From Candidatus Latescibacterota bacterium (GTDB lineage: Bacteria > Latescibacterota > UBA2968 > UBA8231): a DNA stretch of 64,000 nt. This document shows, piece by piece, positions 40,759 to 47,648 of the stretch (position 1 is its first letter; each line of letters begins with the position of its first letter). Where the stretch lies: assembly GCA_965223905.1 (NCBI GenBank), contig CBDCXV010000011.1, positions 704,001 through 768,000 of the forward strand. Direction: 5' to 3'. The notes beneath the pieces are model-generated. The model was given only the letters and a program-made list of their open reading frames with translations. It made no database searches and was not told the origin of the DNA. Both the position numbers and the translations under genes were made by a program.

Positions 40759-40995
40759 CTACTCGCATCGAGCTTTGCAGGTATCGGCAGCTTTACCGGA
40801 CCGGGCAATACAGGCTCTCTTGTCACTGTCCCAAAACCGGGAAAAGCATACCGGTATACTGTCCTCGTAATCCTGCTGGCAATAACTGATACACCGCGCC
40901 TTAGCCTCTTCTGCGGAACAGGAGCTGGCAGGATTGGAACGGCTGCATCCATAGACCAACACAGCGGCCGCGATCAACAGCAGTGCGGGTGTCAT
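40759..40995 (-). CDS. Small Cys-rich lipoprotein
   Basis: AGGAGG RBS; lipobox VYG-C; CxxxC motifs. Confidence 0.65.
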   Translation of the reverse strand: MTPALLLIAAAVLVYGCSRSNPASSCSAEEAKARCISYCQQDYEDSIPVCFSRFWDSDKRACIARSGKAADTCKARCE

Positions 40996-41037
40996 GCGAC
41001 CTCCTTGGTCAGCTGTCGGAAGCGTCTACGGCGGGGG

Positions 41038-41370
41038 TCAGTCACCGTACAAAATCGAAGGGTGGCCCCACTTTAGATCCCATCCTTTCGCGCCGACGAT
41101 ATAGCGGTGGAAAGAAACGCCCGGATCGGTTTTCGTAGCTGCTTGTAGATCATCAGCTTGGTTCTGCTCGTTGGGTGAATCCATAGTATCGACTTCAACG
41201 ATCCATATTTTGCCGTCCTTGTAGGCGACTATATCGGGAATTCTACCGTTGATAGATTTCGGAGTTGGATGCGTATCTATGTGGTCAGCTTCAACATCAC
41301 AACCTGCTTGCTCAAAAACCTCGACGATTTTGTCCACAGCCAAGTTGTGGACTGTCTGTTCCCATGCCAT
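41038..41370 (-). CDS. Small PD-(D/E)xK-fold nuclease-like protein
   Basis: IPDIVAYKDGKIWIVEVDT; AAGGAG RBS; TACAAT at 41470-41465. Confidence 0.6.
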   Translation of the reverse strand: MAWEQTVHNLAVDKIVEVFEQAGCDVEADHIDTHPTPKSINGRIPDIVAYKDGKIWIVEVDTMDSPNEQNQADDLQAATKTDPGVSFHRYIVGAKGWDLKWGHPSILYGD

Positions 41371-41487
41371 TCTGAAATCTCCTTTTCGGTCTGCATCAGA
41401 GTAAGGCACACCTGATGCCAGCTCATCGCAAGGCCGTAACTCCCTGTTTCCAGGGAGACCAAGCATTGTATCAGCAGCTTTCTATTG

Positions 41488-41679
41488 TCACTGTTCCATT
41501 TCTATGCGACTACTGTAAGGACTCCCCCACAGGCATACCGAGAGTAGAACCCAGATATACCAGTGACCGCTTGTGTGCTTCGGAGGATATTGCCGGCTGT
41601 AGGTGCGGTAGAGGTTCCACCACCCAACCGCTAAGGGGATCGTCAAGGCCAAGAGAAATGCACCTACATCCTTTCCCAT
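41488..41679 (-). CDS. Small 2-TM protein
   Basis: Two hydrophobic segments. Confidence 0.5.
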   Translation of the reverse strand: MGKDVGAFLLALTIPLAVGWWNLYRTYSRQYPPKHTSGHWYIWVLLSVCLWGSPYSSRIEMEQ

Positions 41680-41698
41680 TTAACTACCGTTGGTTTTG

Positions 41699-41923
41699 TT
41701 ATGATTTTCCGTTTTGTTCATCATTGCGGTCGAGTTCTGATCCTACTTTGTTTCCCGCCAGTAACCCCAGTGCTCCCACTATCGCCCCTAGGGGAATCGT
41801 CGCCGGCGCAGCCCAGCCACCTGTAGCGATACCTATACCAGCCCCGATCTTGGCTCCAATAGCAGCGCCAGCGGCTGCTCCGCCTGCTGTTCCAACCAAT
41901 TCCTTTTTCCTTTTCTTCTTCAT
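41699..41923 (-). CDS. Glycine-zipper small membrane protein
   Basis: Basic N-terminus followed by GxxxG repeats; AGGAG RBS. Confidence 0.65.
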   Translation of the reverse strand: MKKKRKKELVGTAGGAAAGAAIGAKIGAGIGIATGGWAAPATIPLGAIVGALGLLAGNKVGSELDRNDEQNGKS

Positions 41924-42037
41924 GTCCTGTCTCCTTTTTCTGTCTCTGCCAAAAAAAAGACCGCGCCGGGGTCTAACCTATCGCACCGAACTCCCCCGAA
42001 GCGGTTGGCGGCGAATCTCGCCGCACGAAAAATTCCG

Positions 42038-42217
42038 TTACTTCTTTTTCCGACCCGAGCCGGATTTGCGGCCAGACTTCGGCTGATCCTCTTTAGCAGA
42101 GGTCCCGGTCACCGGGACCCTTACGTCTTCCTCTTCCCCGGTGGCGATGCGGCACACCTGCACCGCCAGTGCAATGGGGCTGGACGGTCGAACTTCGCCG
42201 TTAGGTCCTATGGGCAT
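42038..42217 (-). CDS. Small basic protein of the MPxGPxGExRP...RIATGE type, recalled as accompanying this IS1 clade
   Basis: MPIGPNGEVRP..IALAVQVCRIATGEEE with K/G-rich tail; RBS and TTGACA upstream. Confidence 0.65.
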   Translation of the reverse strand: MPIGPNGEVRPSSPIALAVQVCRIATGEEEDVRVPVTGTSAKEDQPKSGRKSGSGRKKK

Positions 42218-42303
42218 GATGCCATCCTTTCCGTTAAGGTGTAACGAACGATGCGGCATCGGATTGGGAATGTCAAGCTAATACTTCGATAATCATAGAG
42301 GGA

Positions 42304-42588
42304 TCACGGCGGAAAATCCGCGAGGGCTGCCCGGCGATTGGATAGGCTTTCTTCTCGGACGTCCTCAGCCCTCAGCGGTGCGTTCATGCGTTCCCGCAAG
42401 GCGGCTCCCAAGGCGGAAAGGGTGCGTTCCCGGTCGCCTTTGCGCAGAAGAGCGTGCAAAACCTCTTCGTTTGGCTTCGGGGATCGCAGTTCATCGGAAA
42501 TGGCCTTCGGCAGGGCTTCCTTCGCTCGGCCTTGTTGCCTTTGGGGTTCCATCCAGTTTGACGGTTTTGGCACGGGGTGTTCAGTCAT
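42304..42588 (-). CDS. Hypothetical protein
   Basis: AGGAG RBS; ATGA overlap with the upstream ORF. Confidence 0.5.
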   Translation of the reverse strand: MTEHPVPKPSNWMEPQRQQGRAKEALPKAISDELRSPKPNEEVLHALLRKGDRERTLSALGAALRERMNAPLRAEDVREESLSNRRAALADFPP

Positions 42589-42839
42589 TTCTCCTGGTCA
42601 AAGGCAGTGTGGTATCTTTTTGTCAGCAGAACCACGTCCTTGAATGTGGGGAATATGAACCGTTTCGCCCGGCTATCTCCAGTAGCTGTCCAGCGGTTGA
42701 TTTCGAACCTGTTGCTCTCCCGGGATTTCAGGTGGTCGCCGTCCGGGTCCTGTGCGTGCGCTTGGAGTTGCAGGCCGACTTGGATGAGGTCGTGAGCCAT
42801 TTCGAGTAGTTCAGCCCGTAGGTCTTCCGCGTCAGACAT
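42585..42839 (-). CDS. Hypothetical protein
   Basis: ORF in the co-oriented run of micro-genes. Confidence 0.45.
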   Translation of the reverse strand: MSDAEDLRAELLEMAHDLIQVGLQLQAHAQDPDGDHLKSRESNRFEINRWTATGDSRAKRFIFPTFKDVVLLTKRYHTAFDQEK

Positions 42840-42897
42840 TGGATTCTGTTCCCCTGTTCAGGTTTATTGGCCGTGCCGGGGGTCTGAGACAATACCG

Positions 42898-43149
42898 TTA
42901 CTTCGGATGGTTCTCCAAATGCTCGACGTGGTATTGCCGTAACTCCGTCAACTGGCCTTTGATTTCCGTAAGAGTTTGATCCGTGTTATTCTGACTGGCC
43001 TTGATCCGCTTGCCAATGGCCTTATGGGCTTTGTTGTTAGTTTTGTTGGTCGTCTTCAGCTCGCTTTTCAGGTTGTTGCGCAGTGCTGCATACAGGGCCA
43101 CAACAGCCAAGACAATGGTCCCAACGGCAATCCAGATTTCGGAAGTCAT
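42898..43149 (-). CDS. Small N-terminal TM + coiled-coil protein
   Basis: Hydrophobic N-terminus, heptads, C-terminal HLENHPK. Confidence 0.65.
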   Translation of the reverse strand: MTSEIWIAVGTIVLAVVALYAALRNNLKSELKTTNKTNNKAHKAIGKRIKASQNNTDQTLTEIKGQLTELRQYHVEHLENHPK

Positions 43150-43184
43150 GGGAGGGTCCTTCGTTGGGTTGGTTCAAAATTTCT

Positions 43185-43532
43185 TCACGTACCGGAGGTT
43201 CGGTCCCTGATTCGGTTCTTTGTCCTTCTATTGGCCCAAATGGACAATCCTGACAGCCCGCCACAGGCCAAGCCGAATAATCCCAAAAGAATCGCGCCCC
43301 CCCTAGATCCATGAGGAGTTACAAGAAGCGTCACCGAGGCGCCAAATGAAGCCGTGGCAATACCGATGCAGAACGTTCCCATCCACCCTATGGTTTCGAG
43401 ACCTTCGACCTCTTCTTCGGTCAGGGAATACATTCTAAGCGTTCTCGTTTCTTGGATGACATTGACGTTGTTAGCGGAGGATGGTGAAATCTCACCTCCG
43501 CCGCCCTTTTCAGACACTGAGTTCTTGCTCAT
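43185..43532 (-). CDS. Small 2-TM protein
   Basis: Two TM segments and a basic tail; overlaps the Zn-ribbon ORF. Confidence 0.55.
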   Translation of the reverse strand: MSKNSVSEKGGGGEISPSSANNVNVIQETRTLRMYSLTEEEVEGLETIGWMGTFCIGIATASFGASVTLLVTPHGSRGGAILLGLFGLACGGLSGLSIWANRRTKNRIRDRTSGT

Positions 43533-43824
43533 GCTTTGAGTCGGAAATGGGTTTTCCCAGATTTTTAATCCCCATCACGACGGCACTGAAAATCCTGGTA
43601 AATCCACACTTCCCGCAATGGAGCAAGATGGCGGGGAAGCACACCCTTCCATGGGGGGACTGTGTTGTCCCGAGCGACGTAAGGCTCATTAAATGTGTAT
43701 TAATGAACCACCTGTTACTACGACATTGGGAACAATTGGGACTTATCCCATTGTCTTCCATCCATTCGTGTATTCTATCTATATCTTCTTCCGTTAGCTT
43801 ACCATCAGCCTCGGGCATTCTCAA
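43510..43824 (-). CDS. Zn-ribbon protein
   Basis: CSQC...CGKCGF; AAGGAGG RBS. Confidence 0.65.
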   Translation of the reverse strand: MRMPEADGKLTEEDIDRIHEWMEDNGISPNCSQCRSNRWFINTHLMSLTSLGTTQSPHGRVCFPAILLHCGKCGFTRIFSAVVMGIKNLGKPISDSKHEQELSV

Positions 43825-43879
43825 GCCTCCTTAGATGACCTTACGATGATCTTACAATGATCTCATTTCGCCGTTCTCC

Positions 43880-44017
43880 TCACTCCACTCCTGTTCTGCC
43901 ATCCAGGTGGCGGTCGAGGCGGTCGTTGTGACGGTCGATTCGGCTTCCAATGTCTCGCCAAAAGGCACCCAGAGCTGCCAGTACCACGAGCATGGGAATG
44001 ATTTCCGTCCAAGTCAC
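43880..44017 (-). CDS. 45-aa TM + coil microprotein (MTWTEIIPMLVVLAALGAFWRDIGSRIDRHNDRLDRHLDGRTGVE), not in the ORF track
   Basis: GTG start after GAAGGAGG; hand translation. Confidence 0.6.
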   Translation of the reverse strand: MTWTEIIPMLVVLAALGAFWRDIGSRIDRHNDRLDRHLDGRTGVE

Positions 44018-44039
44018 CTTGGGCCTCCTTCAGGAGGGA

Positions 44040-44309
44040 TCAGCTGCCGTTGACGGGTCCGGGAGTGGGGCATGGATCGAGCCGGCCTTCCACTCTATAC
44101 AACCCCTTTTCCACATAGTCAAGGCGCACATCGATGCGGGCCAGAGCCTTGCCCTGAGCAGACAGTTCCTACTGCATGGCGTTCATCCGGGTGTCCATCA
44201 GGTCCATTCTGGAACTCAGGCTGGAGCTGAATCCCCACTGGCTGCCGATGATGGCAACCAGAAGTCCCAAGAGCACCAGAACGTCCTTCCAGTTCAGTCT
44301 GCCGTTCAT
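44040..44309 (-). pseudogene. TM + coiled-coil microprotein with an internal TAG (44171-44169)
   Basis: MNGRLNWKDVLVLLGLLVAII...RMNAMQ*ELSAQGKALARIDVRLDYVE; heptads continue past the stop. Confidence 0.55.
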
Positions 44310-44573
44310 CTTGGGCCTCCTTCAGGATAGGTGGTCTCCCACCGCTACCCTGAATTTCTCGCCATGAATAGGGAATGTCAAGCCAAAAACCGCTTGTGGA
44401 CGCCCGTGGGGTACTGTAAGGTATGAGCCGTCCGCTTCTCTACACGCAGGATCCGACTGAGGTCGGGTCTCCTGCTGAATGCAATAGCCAGTAGTAGAAC
44501 CCGGCCAAGGGGTCGCACCCCGAGGCAAGGCGAATAGGCAGGACTTTCCCGCGCGTTCCTGCGTGTCAGGGAG

Positions 44574-45335
44574 GTGGACAAGGCCCGGCACCCTTTTTTT
44601 CGGGGTGTCGTGGTGGCCGAAAAGTCCACCTCGAAACGCGGGAAATCGGTCGTGCAACACCCCTCCCAGAAGCATCTCAGTAGCTACAGATCCACCTGTT
44701 CGTCACTGTCTCAAGGGACGGTCCCGGTGTGCCATACCTGGACGGCTGTCCACCGGAAGGGGTTTGTCCACTCCTTCTTGCGGGAATGCCGTAGGCCGGG
44801 ACCGCTCTGCTTTTTTCTGTCGTGTCTGGTGCTGATCGGTTGCGCCAGAGACAGCAGCACCACTCCTGAATCTGCCCCCCCTGCGGAGTCAGTCTCCAGA
44901 CCAGATCCAGACGATCTGGACCTTTGGAGCTACGGTTACAACAGCAGCCAAAGGGTGCACATCTTGAGACACACCGCCACCTCAGAAGGGGTGGACTGCA
45001 CGATGTGGATTGAATGCAGGGGGACTCCCAGCTTCCCGGACTTGTATTTCTGGATTCCCAGAGGAGACTTCAATGGTTGGGGAGGCACACCTGGATACGA
45101 TGGGGATTGGCCAGATCAACCGGTCATAAACCTGACATGGGGAGAAGAAAATCCAGAACCTACCAAGATGAATTTGAGCAAGAACACCTTCACTTTTCAG
45201 GACCGGAAATGGAAGGACAAGATGATGTCGAACGACATCCTGTTGATGGAATTGCCGTGGGAACAATACGGCTCACTGTATTTCTATTTCGATCTCAGAG
45301 AAGGAAGACAACTCCTCAGCTACCACTGCTTATGA
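44574..45335 (+). CDS. Hypothetical lipoprotein (true start probably near 44780)
   Basis: Hydrophobic stretch with lipobox LIG-C, P/S-rich linker and a globular domain. Confidence 0.55.
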   Translation: MDKARHPFFRGVVVAEKSTSKRGKSVVQHPSQKHLSSYRSTCSSLSQGTVPVCHTWTAVHRKGFVHSFLRECRRPGPLCFFLSCLVLIGCARDSSTTPESAPPAESVSRPDPDDLDLWSYGYNSSQRVHILRHTATSEGVDCTMWIECRGTPSFPDLYFWIPRGDFNGWGGTPGYDGDWPDQPVINLTWGEENPEPTKMNLSKNTFTFQDRKWKDKMMSNDILLMELPWEQYGSLYFYFDLREGRQLLSYHCL

Positions 45336-45368
45336 ACCACATCCATACCCCTCCCAAGGAGCAACTCG

Positions 45369-45524
45369 ATGACGCTTGCCAGTGAGCTGGTGAAGAAGCT
45401 GGAAGAAGAGCTGTCAGAGACTCAGAAAAAGCTCAAAGCAGAAGAGCAGAAGTCAGACAAATGGAAGAAGAAGGCAGGCGATAGATGGCAAGAGATTGAA
45501 CGTATGAAACGCAACTCGGGTTGA
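45369..45524 (+). CDS. 51-aa charged coiled-coil microprotein (MTLASELVKKLEEELSETQKKLK...), not in the ORF track
   Basis: AAGGAG RBS; hand translation. Confidence 0.5.
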   Translation: MTLASELVKKLEEELSETQKKLKAEEQKSDKWKKKAGDRWQEIERMKRNSG

Positions 45525-45525
45525 C

Positions 45526-45783
45526 TCAATCTATCAGCAGACCGCAGCATTGAATTACAAAACCGAGGACCAAAACAGATACTCCGACCTTTGCTCTTCG
45601 AGAATCCTTGAGCAGTTGCTGGACCATTGGGAGCTTCATGTGGTCTTCCCTTGTCTCTCCTACCCATCGTGAAACTCCAAGCTCGATGGCCTTATCCCTG
45701 GACATGATAATGCCTGAACCCAAAATCACAGCTCCAACAATGTCCATCAGGAGACCAGCTACCTGAATTGATTCAGTAGACAT
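45526..45783 (-). CDS. Small 2-TM protein
   Basis: GLLMDIVGAVIL ... GVSVLVLGFVIQ. Confidence 0.6.
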   Translation of the reverse strand: MSTESIQVAGLLMDIVGAVILGSGIIMSRDKAIELGVSRWVGETREDHMKLPMVQQLLKDSRRAKVGVSVLVLGFVIQCCGLLID

Positions 45784-45784
45784 G

Positions 45785-45979
45785 TCAACCGGTCTTCTGT
45801 TTGGGGTCGAAGTGGATTTCCTGCTTGTCCGTGGAGAGGAAGAGCTGGTCGAGGTACCGCAGTCTGGTGTTCACGGTAGGCGAGGGAGGCACCTGCACCT
45901 TGCCGGCATGAGACAGATCGGTCCGGGAGGTGTGAGCTTCCCGGTCGGTCAGGGCGACGATGTATTTCAGTCGGGCCAT
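45785..45979 (-). CDS. Hypothetical microprotein
   Basis: Co-oriented and abutting its neighbours. Confidence 0.35.
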   Translation of the reverse strand: MARLKYIVALTDREAHTSRTDLSHAGKVQVPPSPTVNTRLRYLDQLFLSTDKQEIHFDPKQKTG

Positions 45980-46476
45980 AGCAAGTGCTCCGGGAGTAGG
46001 ATGTAGACCGGTTCCTGATTCCAGAAATCGCCTAAGCCTGCAGCCATGTGGGCTTCCATAAGGGTACGAATACCTGTGGCAAGTTCGATATCCAGTGTGG
46101 GGTTGGCCAGAGATTCTCGACGCATATGGGCCATATGGCGCTCATGAGCTGAACGTCCCAAGAGAGGGGGGCAGGTCGACTTTTCGGCGTCGGATGTCTT
46201 CTTTCTTTGCTCGTCGTTTCAAGTCTGAGTAATTCCGTCCAGATTGGTGTTGATTTTTTTTCTCAGAATGGTATTTTTCAAGTGCCATTAGGCACTCCTT
46301 TCTTGAGAGGGAAGGAAACGAAAGCAAGGGACTGGAGATAGCCTATGCCAAGGCTTTCGGTCCCTTCTTTCATTTTGGGGTCAAAACGTCATCATGCTGG
46401 GCAATATACGTACTTTGTTCCCAAATCTCCAGGTTCAGCCACGGAATGTCCAGGACGAATCAGATATCCCTAAAAA

Positions 46477-46489
46477 AATCAACCATTTA
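46477..46489 (+). promoter_or_regulatory. IHF-consensus site AATCAACCATTTA near the right end
   Basis: Matches WATCAANNNNTTR exactly, with an upstream A-tract. Confidence 0.5.
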
Positions 46490-46510
46490 CCTACTGTTTG
46501 TGGATAGAAT

Positions 46511-46544
46511 TGTGGATAACCCAGGTTCAGACTGACGTACTACC
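46511..46544 (-). repeat. Right TIR, containing a DnaA box
   Basis: Reverse complement GGTAGTACGTCAGTCTGAACCTGGGTTATCCACA. Confidence 0.92.
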
Positions 46545-47006
46545 GAAAATCCGGTTGTAGCGACCGCGGTGGTGCAACCCCAGCAACGTGCCGCCTCCGC
46601 AATCCCTGCCGAAGAACTCCATCTTGTTGCGGTAGAAAAACGGGGCGCGACTCGCAATAATCGGCCTTTGCTCGTCGCAACGGAGACCCTGTTGCTCCAG
46701 TGCATTTTGCAACCATCCGTTCCTTCAATCGCAACTGGTCGCCGTAACGGAGGTCCTACCAGCGGCACCCGCCGCACCCCGAAGTTAGGGCATTCGGAGG
46801 CTACCCGGGGGATCGGGGTGCTCGTTATGCGGTCCGCAGTCGCCTCCCAGATTCTCCCTTTCCTCCTGCGCACGGTTCGCTTCCACACGATCCCCGGGCA
46901 GCGTCCGGCGAACGATGAACTCCGAGTCGTCGATCCTGGCCCAGCCGTCACCCTGGGCCGTTAACTCGCGGATATCTAGCTCAATCCTGTCTCCGCGTCT
47001 TGGCAC
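46545..47006 (-). pseudogene. rlmD: 5' part of rlmD (TRAM domain and Fe-S motif), frameshifted; 46545-46552 is the right TSD
   Basis: LPGDRV; CPNFG then CGGCRW* in another frame; YRNKMEF. Confidence 0.88.
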
Positions 47007-47053
47007 TGGCCGAAACCGTTACGGTGCTGAATGATGGTGAACCGAGGTACATG

Positions 47054-47111
47054 AAAAAGCGAGGCGCACGAGATGATGCCATTTTCACCATCAAAAGCGC
47101 GCCTCGCCTTT
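47054..47111 (-). terminator. Possible intrinsic terminator after rplQ
   Basis: GCGAGGCGC/GCGCCTCGC stem followed by a T-run; large loop. Confidence 0.45.
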
Positions 47112-47161
47112 CGGTTGAGGGAGTGGACGCTCCCGGCCGGGTGGTTCACCCAGGGTCGTCC

Positions 47162-47581
47162 CTATTCTTCTTTCTTTTCCGTTTCCTGACTCGCGGTTGG
47201 ACCTGACGCCGGAGCACGGCTACCTGGCCTGTCGACCAACTCGATTATGCACATCTCGGCACCATCGCCACGCCTCGGCTCACCCTTGACAATCCGTGTG
47301 TACCCGCCGCTGCGGTTGGAGTAGCGCGGACCGATCTCGTCGAAAAGCTTTGCCACTATGCGCTTGTTGGCTATTGTGCGCAGCACCTGGCGACGCGCAT
47401 GCAGATCGCCCCTTTTGGCAAAGGTGATCAGACTCTCGGCGGTTCGCCTCAGTTCCTTCGCTCTCGCCGTTGTTGTATGGATAGCCTCGTGTTCGATCAA
47501 AGAGGTGACCATGTTGCCGAGCATCGCCTTGAGATGACTGCGATCGCGGCTCAGCCTGGCCTTTTTGTTCCTGTGTACCAT
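47162..47581 (-). CDS. rplQ: 50S ribosomal protein L17
   Basis: GGYTRI, RRGDGA motifs. Confidence 0.96.
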   Translation of the reverse strand: MVHRNKKARLSRDRSHLKAMLGNMVTSLIEHEAIHTTTARAKELRRTAESLITFAKRGDLHARRQVLRTIANKRIVAKLFDEIGPRYSNRSGGYTRIVKGEPRRGDGAEMCIIELVDRPGSRAPASGPTASQETEKKEE

Positions 47582-47648
47582 TGCTTTTTCGTGGGATCCG
47601 TGGTCACGCCTCGTCCGACCACGACGAACCGGTTCGGGATGAGTTGCG

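Larger units (their letters stand above)
38597..46544. mobile_element. 7,948-bp IS1-family cargo transposon inserted in rlmD
   Basis: TIRs, TSD and a DDE transposase; visibly more AT-rich than the flanks; removing it rejoins rlmD as RYNRIF-DVLDCRLQ. Confidence 0.92.

Noticed and set aside
40400-40800. A full CRISPR array or cas locus
   Set aside because: Only one repeat copy seen by eye, with no regular spacing and no cas ORFs
44446-44545. HDV-like or hammerhead ribozyme suggested by GGCGAAT and CTGA
   Set aside because: I could not build the HDV double pseudoknot or the CUGAnGA/GAAA core
45967-46327. Two more 61-64-aa ORFs at the right end of the element
   Set aside because: Possibly real cargo, but no motif or other support; not called as features
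46477-46519. Chromosomal oriC suggested by DnaA boxes and an IHF site
   Set aside because: Only two boxes here, located at a transposon end, with no dnaA/dnaN context or clear unwinding element
38597-46544. Prophage, ICE or integron interpretation, or a TnpB/IscB RNA-guided nuclease element
   Set aside because: No tyrosine or serine recombinase, phage structural gene, attC-like repeat or RuvC/HNH ORF of suitable size; TIR, TSD and DDE enzyme explain the boundaries
37763-47006. rlmD restored by excision, splicing or programmed frameshifting
   Set aside because: Several independent frameshifts and stops in both halves, so precise excision would not give a full ORF
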